From contig DATION010000004.1 in NCBI GenBank assembly GCA_035473115.1, forward strand, positions 33,126-97,125: DNA of 64,000 bases, in the 5' to 3' direction. The notes under the pieces were generated by a model. It was given only the letters and a program-made list of their open reading frames with translations. It did not search any database and was not told where the DNA came from. This document shows, in pieces, positions 1-9,648 of this stretch. A program made the translations under genes and the position numbers. The stretch comes from Candidatus Udaeobacter sp. (GTDB taxonomy: Bacteria > Patescibacteriota > Patescibacteriia > Magasanikbacterales > GWA2-37-8). Each line of letters begins with the position of its first letter. The first letter of the stretch is position 1.

Positions 1-294
1 AAAATCTTTACTGCCGCCATGAATAGATCTATCCACATGGGTTTCAGCCGCAAAATTTATTACATGAGTGATGCCGTTCTCTTTGATAGTAGAATTTAGC
101 TTGTCCAAATCTATAATATCACCTTGAACAAAAGTATAATTTTTATTATTTTCCACATCCGCCAAATTAGCCAGATTACCGGCGTAAGTTAATTTATCAA
201 AATTAACAATTTTATATTCCGGATATTTTTCCAGCATGTGGCGGATAAAATTTGATCCAATAAATCCCGCTCCTCCGCAAACTAATAATTTCAT
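1..294 (-). CDS. rfbB: dTDP-glucose 4,6-dehydratase, N-terminal part (gene continues beyond window start)
   Basis: Reverse-complement of 1-294 translates from ATG at 294 as MKLLVCGGAGFIGSNFIRHMLEKYPEYKIVNFDKLTYAGNLANL... The GxxGxxG Rossmann start and the KLTYAGN motif are typical of RmlB. Confidence 0.7.
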   Translation of the reverse strand, partial: MKLLVCGGAGFIGSNFIRHMLEKYPEYKIVNFDKLTYAGNLANLADVENNKNYTFVQGDIIDLDKLNSTIKENGITHVINFAAETHVDRSIHGGSKDF

Positions 295-297
295 ACT

Positions 298-1404
298 TTA
301 CTTATAATTACTATATTTACTTATATTTACCACTATGCCGAAAGCTCCTAAACCAATTATCATTGCCGAGCCTCCATGGCTTATAAACGGCAGCGGCACA
401 CCTGTAAGCGGCAACAGTCCGATAGTAGTGCTAATGTTGAGAAATGATTGCCAAACAAACCATATCATAATTCCAGCCACGAGTAAATAACCGAATTGAT
501 CCGGCGCTCCTTTGGCTATTTTAAACCCGCGCAGCCCTAAAAATACGATCACCATAATTAATAAAAAAGAGACAACTAAACCGGTTTCTTCGGCAATTAC
601 AGCAAAAATTGAGTCGGCTTGCACTTCGGGCAAATACTGAAATTTCTGCCTAGAATGACCAACTCCCAAACCAAAAATCCCGCCCGAACCAACCGCTAAA
701 AAAGATTGATTGATCTGATAACCGATTCCTTTTGGATCTAACTCTGGGTGCAAAAAAGTTGTAATTCTTTGCACGCGATGAGGAGCAAACAGCAATAATC
801 CGGCAAAACCGACTATCCCCGCCAATCCGATTATCGCCAAATAAATTTTTGGGGTCTCAGCCAAATAAAGCATCGTAAAAATAATAACTACCAGGATAGA
901 TAAAGTCCCCAGATCTGGCTGCAGAGCAATTAACAAAACAGCCGGCGCCAACATGGCAAAAATAGGCACCAGGTTGACTTTCCAATCATTTAAATCTTTA
1001 TTTTCGGAAATAAGTTTAGCTAAAAATATAATTACCGCTAATTTAGCAAATTCGGCAGGCTGAAAACTTAAGCCAAACAACTGCGCCCAACTGCGCGAAC
1101 CGTTTAGGTACAATCCAACCCCTGGTATAAAAATCAAGCCAAGGAGACCTAAAGATAATAAGAAAATTAAACCGCTGAATTTTTGCAAAAGATGATAATC
1201 TAAACGCGCCAAAACTAAAAATAAGATTAAACCCGGCAGCAAACCAAACAGTATCTGCTTCTTGATAAAATAAAAAGTATCGCCAAATTTGGAATAACCT
1301 ACCGGTGAACTGGCCGAAGCCAGCATTATCAAGCCAAAAATTATTAAAATTCCAAAAATCAATAAAAATAATCTATCCGCCGGTTTTACAGATTCTCCTC
1401 TCAT
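298..1404 (-). CDS. SEDS-family peptidoglycan glycosyltransferase/flippase (FtsW/RodA)
   Basis: 368 aa polytopic membrane protein from the ORF track. The C-terminal GGSAMIIGLGAFGIV and overall layout are typical of FtsW/RodA. Confidence 0.8.
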   Translation of the reverse strand: MRGESVKPADRLFLLIFGILIIFGLIMLASASSPVGYSKFGDTFYFIKKQILFGLLPGLILFLVLARLDYHLLQKFSGLIFLLSLGLLGLIFIPGVGLYLNGSRSWAQLFGLSFQPAEFAKLAVIIFLAKLISENKDLNDWKVNLVPIFAMLAPAVLLIALQPDLGTLSILVVIIFTMLYLAETPKIYLAIIGLAGIVGFAGLLLFAPHRVQRITTFLHPELDPKGIGYQINQSFLAVGSGGIFGLGVGHSRQKFQYLPEVQADSIFAVIAEETGLVVSFLLIMVIVFLGLRGFKIAKGAPDQFGYLLVAGIMIWFVWQSFLNISTTIGLLPLTGVPLPFISHGGSAMIIGLGAFGIVVNISKYSNYK

Positions 1405-1460
1405 AAGTTAAAAATATTTTGCAAAAACATAATCAAGCTGGAAAATAATTTAATTAAAAA

Positions 1461-1814
1461 TTAAATATTTAGCCTGATAAGCAAAACGAGTCCGATTGTT
1501 AAAAATAGATGAAATAATAAAGCCCAAAAGCAGATGAGTCTGGCCAAGAATTTATCAACTGAATAGAAGAAAGATGAAACGAGATAATTTAATAAGATTG
1601 TTCCTATTCCGACCAGAGGCACCAAATAGATTTTCCACCACTCACCCACCAAGTCCGTGCCAAAAATTATATTATAATGCAAAAATATCTGCCCGGCTGA
1701 GGAATGAATATTAGAAAATAGATACCACCACAAAAAAATTTGTCCGAAAAACATGATAACTAGTGGGGCCAAAATCCACCGATCGCGAAAATACAGCTTG
1801 GGAGAATAAAACAT
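1461..1814 (-). CDS. hypothetical small integral membrane protein
   Basis: 117 aa and strongly hydrophobic with 3-4 predicted TM segments. No recognisable motif. Confidence 0.35.
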   Translation of the reverse strand: MFYSPKLYFRDRWILAPLVIMFFGQIFLWWYLFSNIHSSAGQIFLHYNIIFGTDLVGEWWKIYLVPLVGIGTILLNYLVSSFFYSVDKFLARLICFWALLFHLFLTIGLVLLIRLNI

Positions 1815-1890
1815 ACTGAGAAGGAAATAATCGCTAATAAGCCTTTATTTAGGCTTAAAACTGGCTTAATTTTAACAAATTTAGCTAATA

Positions 1891-1919
1891 TTGACAAGTT
1901 TTTGGCTTTATACTATAAT
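1891..1919 (+). promoter_or_regulatory. sigma70-type promoter for rpmA (TTGACA-17-TATAAT)
   Basis: TTGACA at 1891-1896, a 17-nt spacer and TATAAT at 1914-1919, about 40 nt upstream of the rpmA ATG. Confidence 0.55.
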
Positions 1920-1960
1920 AATCACACTATTTTGCCTTACTTGATAACTCTTAATATAAT

Positions 1961-2236
1961 ATGTCACATAAAAAAGCAGGTGGCTCTACCCGGTTGGGCC
2001 GAGATTCTAACGCCCAGCGTCTTGGAGTAAAGCTCCATGACGGCCAAGAAGTACGAACTGGAATGATAATTGTTCGTCAGCGCGGCACAAAGTTCCACTT
2101 AGGAAAAAACGTTAAACAAGGCGCTGATGATACCATCTTTGCCATGACTAATGGAAAAGTAAAATTTACCCAGCATAAACGCCGCCGATTTGATGGCAGC
2201 ATGAAAACAGCCAAATTCGTTCATGTTGAAGCCTAA
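1961..2236 (+). CDS. rpmA: 50S ribosomal protein L27
   Basis: [24 protein letters not shown]...[11 protein letters not shown] is the canonical L27 N-terminus. Length is 91 aa. Confidence 0.9.
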   Translation: MSHKKAGGSTRLGRDSNAQRLGVKLHDGQEVRTGMIIVRQRGTKFHLGKNVKQGADDTIFAMTNGKVKFTQHKRRRFDGSMKTAKFVHVEA

Positions 2237-2254
2237 AAAATAAACCTTCAAAAA

Positions 2255-2280
2255 AGCCTCCGCAATTTGCGGAGGCTTTT
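2255..2280. terminator. rho-independent terminator (bidirectional hairpin between rpmA and the convergent minus-strand gene)
   Basis: GCCTCCGC-aattt-GCGGAGGC stem-loop preceded by an A-run and followed by TTTT. It sits between convergent genes. Confidence 0.7.
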
Positions 2281-2291
2281 AAGTTAAAATT

Positions 2292-3197
2292 TTATAAACC
2301 GGCTGCCTTTTTTAAGGATAAAACACCTTCAGCCACATCAACGGTCGGTTTCCAGCCGAGGATAGATCTGGCCAAACTTATATCGGCTTCAATAGACTTA
2401 ATTTCGCCAGAACGAACAGGCAGATTAACCGCTTCTCCTCCTACTAAAGCTGCTATTTCATTTACACTCGTCTGCTTCCCATAGCCAATATTTATCGGAC
2501 TGCCGTCACCAAGCTTGTTTTGGCTCCAAGCCAAAATATTTGCTTCCACCACGTCAGAAACATGGATGTAATCACGAGTACTTGTACCATCACCTACTAT
2601 CGTAAGTTTTTCTCCTTTTTTTCTTTGATCCAAAAAAACCGGTATCACCATAGGATATGATCCTTCGGAAAGCTTGCGCGGACCAAAAACATTAAAATAA
2701 CGAAGACAGACTGTTGGCAAACCATAAAGAGAAGAAAATAGTCTGCAATACTGTTCTCCGATTAATTTATGCAAACCATACGGGCTAAGCGGATTGGGCA
2801 AAGTTGATTCCTTTATAGGCAATAAAGTTTGGTTGCCATAAACTGCGCAAGAAGAAGAAAAAATTACTTTTTTTAAATTATTTTTTTTAGCAGCCAACAA
2901 TACATTTAATGTACCAGTGACATTTATCTCGTGCGTAGAAAGAGGGTCGTTAATAGAAACTGGCAGTCTGGGATCGGCAGCCAAATGAAAGACAGCTTCC
3001 GCGCCGGAAAAAATTGTTTCTATTTTTTTTAAATCTTTGATGTCTACTTGGTGAAATTCAGCTTTTTTGTTAATAAATTCTTTTTTACCAAGCATTAAAT
3101 TATCAACAATCACAACCTCATGACCAAGATCGATTAACCTGTCAACTAGGTGAGAGCCAATAAAGCCGGCCCCGCCGGTAACGATTAATTTAGACAT
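2292..3197 (-). CDS. NAD-dependent nucleotide-sugar epimerase/dehydratase (SDR family, UDP-hexose 4-epimerase-like)
   Basis: MSKLIVTGGAGFIGSHLVDRL N-terminal Rossmann motif and a YxxxK (YGLHK) catalytic motif. Length is 301 aa. Confidence 0.75.
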   Translation of the reverse strand: MSKLIVTGGAGFIGSHLVDRLIDLGHEVVIVDNLMLGKKEFINKKAEFHQVDIKDLKKIETIFSGAEAVFHLAADPRLPVSINDPLSTHEINVTGTLNVLLAAKKNNLKKVIFSSSCAVYGNQTLLPIKESTLPNPLSPYGLHKLIGEQYCRLFSSLYGLPTVCLRYFNVFGPRKLSEGSYPMVIPVFLDQRKKGEKLTIVGDGTSTRDYIHVSDVVEANILAWSQNKLGDGSPINIGYGKQTSVNEIAALVGGEAVNLPVRSGEIKSIEADISLARSILGWKPTVDVAEGVLSLKKAAGL

Positions 3198-3201
3198 AGA
3201 A

Positions 3202-4605
3202 TTAGACTTTGGCTTTTAAAAAGGCAGAACCTACAGCGATAATATCATAGCCTTTATTTTGCAATTTACTGTATTTATCCTGAATCATTCTGCGGCCGTC
3301 CATAATCAAATATGGCGGCGGGCAAACTGCCAGAATTTCTTCGTCTGCCAAACGAAACTGCGCCCAATCTGTCAAAATTAAACAGGCATGACTACCGGTT
3401 AAAGCAGTTTTTTCATTTTCAAAATATTTAATCTTTTCGTAGCGAGGGTCTTTATCTAACTGGAAAAAACTTTTAAACATTGTTATTGCCGCCGGATCAT
3501 AAATTCTAATTTCTTTAACGTTAGAATTAATCAGATGTTTAACTATATCTATAGCCGGTGAGTTTCTCACGTCATTTGTATTTTGTTTAAAAGCTACTCC
3601 TAAAATCGCAGCCACTTTTCCATCCCAAGAAAAACCAGCGTCCTTTTCAGCCCGGCTATAAAAATGATCGCGCTGAAACCTGTTTGATTCCAGAGAAAGT
3701 CTGACTTGGTGGGTGCTAGCACCGGCTTCTTCAAGCTGATGCGCCAAAGACGCGGCGTCTTTTATAAAGCAGCTGCCGCCAGCATAAACACTGTCATAAA
3801 GACCCCAAGTGCCAATGCGCGGCTCGGTATTAAGTATCTGTCTGACATTTTCAAAATTTATACTTGGAAAAAATTCGCAAAGCCTGCCAACCACATCGAA
3901 GGTAGTGGTTAACTTGTTAAATAGAATATAATTAGCCAATAACTTTCCGGCTGCCGCTTCATAAGAATTAGTTTCTATATATTTTATATTGGTCGAAGAA
4001 AACCTGGAATATACCTGACGCATGATTTTAAAATCTTTTTCTTTTTCCGCGCCAACCAGCACTCTGTCCGGCCTGATAGAACCTTCAATAGCTTTGCCTT
4101 CCACCAAAAATTCCGGATTGGAAACTACACCAAAATTTAAAACGCCATGCTCGTTCATGATCTTTTCTGCCATGCTTATCATATTTATCGGTACAGTGCT
4201 TTTATTGACAATAACAACATACTTGCTTTGCTGACCGCCATTTCTTTGCGCTAAATGTTCCGCCAATTTATTGGCCGCGTTATAATAATAAGACAAATCA
4301 GACTCCCCTTCCGCCCCCTCTTTTTCCGGAGTCGGCAGACACATAAATACCGCATCAATATCATCTAATGCTCGGGAAACAACCTTGTAATCATGGGTAA
4401 AAATTATTCTTTCTTTGTTATTTAATAATAATTTACAAAGACCATCTTCAAGCAAACAGGATTCGATCTCTTCTACATTATTTGAAGCCAACATTTTAAT
4501 TTTTCTTTCATCGACATCATATACTAAAACATCATGGCCGGAATCAGCCATTACCGCCGCGGAACAAGTACCTACATAGCCTGAACCTATATATAAAAGC
4601 TTCAT
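3202..4605 (-). CDS. nucleotide-sugar 6-dehydrogenase (UDP-glucose/GDP-mannose dehydrogenase family)
   Basis: MKLLYIGSGYVGTCSAAV N-terminus and the catalytic-Cys motif AGGSCFIKDA. Length is 467 aa. Confidence 0.8.
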   Translation of the reverse strand: MKLLYIGSGYVGTCSAAVMADSGHDVLVYDVDERKIKMLASNNVEEIESCLLEDGLCKLLLNNKERIIFTHDYKVVSRALDDIDAVFMCLPTPEKEGAEGESDLSYYYNAANKLAEHLAQRNGGQQSKYVVIVNKSTVPINMISMAEKIMNEHGVLNFGVVSNPEFLVEGKAIEGSIRPDRVLVGAEKEKDFKIMRQVYSRFSSTNIKYIETNSYEAAAGKLLANYILFNKLTTTFDVVGRLCEFFPSINFENVRQILNTEPRIGTWGLYDSVYAGGSCFIKDAASLAHQLEEAGASTHQVRLSLESNRFQRDHFYSRAEKDAGFSWDGKVAAILGVAFKQNTNDVRNSPAIDIVKHLINSNVKEIRIYDPAAITMFKSFFQLDKDPRYEKIKYFENEKTALTGSHACLILTDWAQFRLADEEILAVCPPPYLIMDGRRMIQDKYSKLQNKGYDIIAVGSAFLKAKV

Positions 4606-4608
4606 AAA

Positions 4609-5463
4609 CTACATTTTAAAAATATTTATACTTAGCGCCAGATACATTCTTAACTTAATACCGAGCCAAATTACTGAATTTATAAAAAAATTATGTCGAA
4701 AATGTTTTTTATAATACAGCCACATGGATTCATAGAAATTTATCAATGATTTTACTCGGCGCTTACCGCTGCTTTGTCCGCCAAAATGGATAATTTTCGC
4801 TTCACTAACATACACCGTTTTCCAGCCTTTATCAAGCACTCTTTTGCAAAAATCCAAGTCTTCTCCGTACATAAAAAAAATCTCATCAAACCCGCCATTT
4901 TCCTGATAAACTTGCCTGCGAAACATCATAGCGGCTCCGGAGAGCGCCTCGGTCGGACCAGTAATTTCCGGGTCAGTTGCATACTGTTTATAACTGTTTA
5001 TAAATTTATTATTTTTAAAAATCTTAGTCAACCCAAACAGGTGAAAAAATGAATTAATCGGATTTGGTAGCATGCGGCGGCAAGCGTGCTGAAAAGTTAA
5101 GTCTTTATTTAATAATCTTGGGCCAACCATCATTGTGTCTGAGTTCTGATCCAAGTAGTTTACGAGTTTGTTTAAAGCACCATCTAAAACCACAACATCA
5201 GTATTTAAAAACATCAAATAATCACCCTTGGCTATTTTTAATCCTTGATTATTGGCTTTGCCAAAACCTAAATTATCTTTATTTTCTATTAACACTACTT
5301 GTGGAAAATCTTTTTTAATCATTGCTACACTACTATCAGCAGAGTTGTTGTCAGCCACAATCACTTCAAAATCTATTCCGGAAGTTTCTTTATAAACCGA
5401 AGCTAAAGCCTGTTTGGTCAGGTCGCATGTATTCCAATTAACAAAAATTATCGATAATTTCAT
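4609..5463 (-). CDS. family 2 glycosyltransferase
   Basis: LSIIFVNWNTCDLT...VADNNSADSS shows the GT-A fold DxD-type signatures. Length is 284 aa. Confidence 0.75.
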   Translation of the reverse strand: MKLSIIFVNWNTCDLTKQALASVYKETSGIDFEVIVADNNSADSSVAMIKKDFPQVVLIENKDNLGFGKANNQGLKIAKGDYLMFLNTDVVVLDGALNKLVNYLDQNSDTMMVGPRLLNKDLTFQHACRRMLPNPINSFFHLFGLTKIFKNNKFINSYKQYATDPEITGPTEALSGAAMMFRRQVYQENGGFDEIFFMYGEDLDFCKRVLDKGWKTVYVSEAKIIHFGGQSSGKRRVKSLINFYESMWLYYKKHFRHNFFINSVIWLGIKLRMYLALSINIFKM

Positions 5464-6464
5464 ATTTCAAATTTTATTTTACCAGTTTTTCTTTCATAAA
5501 CTCCAACTGGCCAGCCACACATCTTTGCCAAATCACCATACAAGATAATCAGTGGCAAAAAAATATAGCCGGTAATTATTTTTAAAAAAGATATATTTTT
5601 TGAAAAAACATGCCATCTGCGCCAAAATTTAACCAGATAGTCGAGCCATAAGCCTAATAAAATTACTCCAAACCACAGGCTTATACTACATGATAAAAAT
5701 AATAAAATTATGTTTAACAAATAAAAAGTATATCTTATTGTTTGACGTTTAAACCACAGCTTGCCATGACCATCGCTTCTGGTATAGCCAAACAATTGCT
5801 TAAAATATTTTTGTAAAGTCTTTCTTGGCTGCCAAAAAACCAACGGCTCTCGGATATATTCTGTTTTTATTCCTAATTTAAATATTTTCAGATCAAAAAT
5901 AACATCTTCGCACAAAGGAATCCATTCCGGATAACCGCCAGCTTTTTGCCAAACTTCTTTTTTAAAGGCAACCGAACGGCTGGAAGGCAGCCAATCTTTC
6001 TCAAATTCCGCCGGCGCAGGTGTGGTAGCCGCGGCTACCAGATATGGCAAAAAACTATCATCCGACTTAAACCAAGGACCAAAACCGGTAGCTGTAAAAA
6101 TACTTTTACCGGACAAAATCGGATCGGTAATTTTTCTAAACCAATTAATATCATAGGTACAACCCGCATCAGTAACAACAATTATCTCTCCTACGGCTTT
6201 GCCAATTGCAAAATTCCTGCCAGCCGAAATATTGCCGAGGTGTTGCCAAACTTTTAGCAAACTGTTTTGCTTGCTTTTTTCTAGCAAAGCTTCCCATGTA
6301 CCGTCTTTAGAACCGCCATCCACGATAACTATTTCTTCCGGTAAAACTGTCTGGGATAAAATACTATCCAACCAGTCGGAAAGATTATTTTTTTCATTTA
6401 ATACGGTTGTGATTAAAGAAATCATGAAAAATAAAATTATCTCTAACCATGGACTATTTCCCAA
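5460..6464 (-). CDS. family 2 glycosyltransferase with C-terminal membrane anchor
   Basis: ITTVLNEKNNLSDWLDSILSQT...IVIVDGGSKDGT GT2 core followed by two C-terminal TM helices. ATGA overlap with the downstream gene. Confidence 0.7.
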   Translation of the reverse strand: MGNSPWLEIILFFMISLITTVLNEKNNLSDWLDSILSQTVLPEEIVIVDGGSKDGTWEALLEKSKQNSLLKVWQHLGNISAGRNFAIGKAVGEIIVVTDAGCTYDINWFRKITDPILSGKSIFTATGFGPWFKSDDSFLPYLVAAATTPAPAEFEKDWLPSSRSVAFKKEVWQKAGGYPEWIPLCEDVIFDLKIFKLGIKTEYIREPLVFWQPRKTLQKYFKQLFGYTRSDGHGKLWFKRQTIRYTFYLLNIILLFLSCSISLWFGVILLGLWLDYLVKFWRRWHVFSKNISFLKIITGYIFLPLIILYGDLAKMCGWPVGVYERKTGKIKFEI

Positions 6465-6925
6465 GAATAGGGAATTTTTTTAGACAAAGGATCAAGACGG
6501 GTAATTTCATTTTTATCGTGCGGCAAAGTGGCGCAATTAGCAACAATCACCGGCTCTGCGCTTATACATTTAAAGCCATTCCAGACCATTGGCGGCACTT
6601 TTACCAAAAGCCTATTATCTTCGCCGATAAATATTTCCATCAGATTACCTTTTGTCGAGCTTTCTTTGCGATCATCGTATAGAACTAACTTTGCCATTCC
6701 AACCACCACGCTGTACATTAAAGTCATTTCTTTATGCAAATGCCAAGCTTTAACTACGCCAGGATTAGCTTTAGAAAAATATATCTCTCCAAATTTTTCA
6801 AAAATGGGGTCATCATTGCGCAACATATGATAAATAGCTCCGCGCTCATCGGGAATAACCGAAATATTTTTTACTTCAACCCCTTGAATTGGACCGCCTT
6901 TAATGCCAAAAATTGTGTCTGCCAT
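6443..6925 (-). CDS. WxcM/FdtA-like cupin (putative NDP-4-keto-6-deoxyhexose 3,4-ketoisomerase)
   Basis: 160 aa. An HxH-containing cupin core (KAWHLHKEMTLMY) resembles FdtA/WxcM C-terminal domains. An RmlC-like alternative is not excluded. Confidence 0.45.
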   Translation of the reverse strand: MADTIFGIKGGPIQGVEVKNISVIPDERGAIYHMLRNDDPIFEKFGEIYFSKANPGVVKAWHLHKEMTLMYSVVVGMAKLVLYDDRKESSTKGNLMEIFIGEDNRLLVKVPPMVWNGFKCISAEPVIVANCATLPHDKNEITRLDPLSKKIPYSWEIVHG

Positions 6926-6928
6926 ACT

Positions 6929-7864
6929 TTATAACTTGCTAATATAAAAATCTAATGTTTTTCGTAATCCCTCTTCTATGTCCGTTTTTGCAACCCAGCC
7001 AAGATCTTTTTTTGCCTTCTTAACAGCGCAAGAAACATAAAAAACTTCATTGGTTGAATAGGGTTTATCATAGCTTACCAGGTCATAAATTGCAAGCTGA
7101 TTTTCTAAAATTTTAACGATATTTTTAATAGATACGGCCTTTTTTTGGCCAATATTGAAAACCTCGCAGCCCGGCTTAACTGAGAGACAGCGCTCGATCG
7201 CCAACATAAAAGCAGCGGCCACATCGCTAACATAAGTAAAATTCCATTGCTGCTCGGATGGTGTTAATTGTATTTTTTGTTTTTTTAATAAATTATTTAT
7301 TAGATAAGAAAAAAGTTTTTCATTATCTTTTGGACCATAGGTTGAAAAAAGTCTGAGGTGTATGCAGCTGAAACCAAACCACTGTGCGTAATCTTTCAGC
7401 ATGTCGTGTAGAATTAATTTTGTACGAGCGTATAAATTATACGGTTTAAGCGCCGACTTCTCCGACAATTCTTTATTACCGCTTAAGTCGTATTCAAAAA
7501 AACTGCCGGCAGTAACAATTGAACGAACATTATGCTGGCGCATCGTCTCTAAAAGCATGTTCGGAAAGACAACGTTTGCTTCCATTAACTCCTCTGCCTC
7601 AGTAACCGAACTATGCTGTTTTAAATACTTGGCCGCCAAATGAACAACGCAATCAATTTTTTGCTCTAAAAATATTTTTTCAATATCTTCTTTTTTGTCT
7701 CCGTATGTTTTTAAATGTGAATCAGAAAGCAAATGTTTAATACGCCAAAGATCTGATTGCGGACGAATTACGGCGCAGACATTATAACCCGACTTTAAAG
7801 CCTGCCCCAAAACATGCGAACCGATAAATCCGCTCGCTCCGGTAAGTAAAATGGTTTTTCCCAT
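6929..7864 (-). CDS. NAD-dependent epimerase/dehydratase family protein
   Basis: MGKTILLTGASGFIGSHVLGQAL Rossmann N-terminus and YxxxK (YARTK). Length is 311 aa. Confidence 0.7.
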   Translation of the reverse strand: MGKTILLTGASGFIGSHVLGQALKSGYNVCAVIRPQSDLWRIKHLLSDSHLKTYGDKKEDIEKIFLEQKIDCVVHLAAKYLKQHSSVTEAEELMEANVVFPNMLLETMRQHNVRSIVTAGSFFEYDLSGNKELSEKSALKPYNLYARTKLILHDMLKDYAQWFGFSCIHLRLFSTYGPKDNEKLFSYLINNLLKKQKIQLTPSEQQWNFTYVSDVAAAFMLAIERCLSVKPGCEVFNIGQKKAVSIKNIVKILENQLAIYDLVSYDKPYSTNEVFYVSCAVKKAKKDLGWVAKTDIEEGLRKTLDFYISKL

Positions 7865-7866
7865 AT

Positions 7867-8766
7867 TTATGGCAATATATTTTTTAATCTTTTAATCAAT
7901 AAACTCATCGGACCTAATAATTTTACTTCAAAGATCATAACATATTTTTTCCAGCCCGAATAATGTTTATTGATAAACAAAACCAAACTATCCAAAGTGA
8001 TTTTTAATCGGCGTTTATCATATTTAGTTTTAAAGCTGCCCCCATAAACATGCATCACCGGGTCGGAATTTATAACCACGCATTTCCAATTATCTTTGCG
8101 CAAGCGCAAACAAAGATCCGTATCTTCAAAGTACATATAAAAATCCTCCGACATCAAACCGACTTTATCCAGCGCTTTCTTACGCAAAAGAATGGCCGCT
8201 CCGGTAACATAATCCAATTCAATACCTCCATCTGGTATAGCTTGAGGAAAAAGACCTATCAATTTAAGTTTGCGCCGAACAGCGGCCGGAAGCAATTTAG
8301 TAATCGGCAATAAGTAAAGAAATACATTTAAAGGTGTAGGAAAAAAGCCTCCGACCGATTGCCAAGACCTGTCCGGGTAAACCAATTGTGGACCGACAGC
8401 GCCAACTTCGGGGTGCAGCTCTATAAATTGATACAATTGCTCCATACTGTGAGCACCGGTTTCGGTATCGCTGCTTAACAGCCAGACATATGGCTCGGTG
8501 GCAAATTCACGAATAGCTCGGTTATTTGAACCGGCATAACCCAGATCTTTCTCATTTACAACATATTCTGCCTGAGGGAAAGCTGCTCGCAGAGCTTCAA
8601 CTGTTCCATCATTGGAATTATTATCAATCACAATCACCTGTTTTGGCAGCGAAGCTGCCGCGTATAAGGCCGCCAAAGCTTTGAGAGCAAAATCTTTTGT
8701 TTTATAAGTGGTAATGATGGCCGAAACCGGCAAAATATTTTTTTCCATACTGGCACTATTAAACAA
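7867..8766 (-). CDS. family 2 glycosyltransferase (tandem paralogue 1)
   Basis: VSAIITTYKTKD...VIVIDNNSNDGT GT2 signatures. Same length and order of motifs as the neighbouring gene. Confidence 0.7.
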   Translation of the reverse strand: MFNSASMEKNILPVSAIITTYKTKDFALKALAALYAAASLPKQVIVIDNNSNDGTVEALRAAFPQAEYVVNEKDLGYAGSNNRAIREFATEPYVWLLSSDTETGAHSMEQLYQFIELHPEVGAVGPQLVYPDRSWQSVGGFFPTPLNVFLYLLPITKLLPAAVRRKLKLIGLFPQAIPDGGIELDYVTGAAILLRKKALDKVGLMSEDFYMYFEDTDLCLRLRKDNWKCVVINSDPVMHVYGGSFKTKYDKRRLKITLDSLVLFINKHYSGWKKYVMIFEVKLLGPMSLLIKRLKNILP

Positions 8767-9646
8767 ATGATTTAAAACGCTTTAACAATAAACTTACTGG
8801 GCCAAGAATAATAATCTCCGCCAAAATCATTATCTTTTTAAAACCGGTGCAATTTTTTTCAACAAACAGCTTAAGACTGGTTAAAAAAATCTTTAAACGT
8901 TTTGGATCATATTTAGTCTTGAAGCTACCTCCATAAACATGCATCACCGGATCAGTATCAACCACTTTTATTTCCCATCCAGCTTGCTTTAAGCGTAAAC
9001 AAAGATCAGTTTCCTCAAAATACATAAAATAATCTTCACAAAGCAAACCGACTTTATCAAGCGCTTCTTTGCGCAAAAACATGGCCGCTCCCGTTACATA
9101 GTCAATTTCTCTGCTTTCTTTAGGCAGCAGTTGAGGAAAAATAACTATAGTTTTTAGTTTACGGCGCAAAAATTTAGGCAGAAAAATAACAAACGGGATT
9201 AGATACATAAAAACATTGGCAATTGACGGAAAATAACCGCCCACCGGCTGCAGCTCGCGGGTTGGATATACCAATTGAGGGCCAAGTGCGGCAACTTTTG
9301 GATTAGCAACCATAAAATCATACAGTTCTTCCAAACTCTTTTCACCGGTCTCTGTGTCGCTATTTAAAAGCCAAACATATGGCTGAGTAACAAATTGCCT
9401 GATTGCCTGATTGTTGGCTTTGGCAAAACCCAAATTTTCCTTATTGGCTATAATTTTAACTTGCGGAAATTCTTGTTTCACAATACTGGCAATATTATCT
9501 TCGGAGTTATTATCCACCAAAATAACCTCTTGCGGCTGAACGCTGGAAGAAAATAATGCCAAAAGAGCGCGGCGCGTTAGTACTTCCGTTTTGTAATTGA
9601 CTATAATTACCGCAACTGGGATAATTTTATTTTCCGGCATAATCAA
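8759..9646 (-). CDS. family 2 glycosyltransferase (tandem paralogue 2)
   Basis: VAVIIVNYKTEV...VILVDNNSEDN. Clear similarity to 7867-8766 (shared DPVMHVYGGSFKTKYD and LNSDTETG blocks). Confidence 0.7.
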   Translation of the reverse strand: MIMPENKIIPVAVIIVNYKTEVLTRRALLALFSSSVQPQEVILVDNNSEDNIASIVKQEFPQVKIIANKENLGFAKANNQAIRQFVTQPYVWLLNSDTETGEKSLEELYDFMVANPKVAALGPQLVYPTRELQPVGGYFPSIANVFMYLIPFVIFLPKFLRRKLKTIVIFPQLLPKESREIDYVTGAAMFLRKEALDKVGLLCEDYFMYFEETDLCLRLKQAGWEIKVVDTDPVMHVYGGSFKTKYDPKRLKIFLTSLKLFVEKNCTGFKKIMILAEIIILGPVSLLLKRFKSFV

Positions 9647-9648
9647 AA

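Noticed and set aside
3706-8313. Numerous 60-130 aa plus-strand ORFs inside the minus-strand glycosyltransferase/dehydrogenase genes (e.g. 3706-3912, 5946-6257, 8050-8313)
   Set aside because: All are antisense to long, homology-supported CDSs in an AT-rich genome where stop-free antisense stretches are common.
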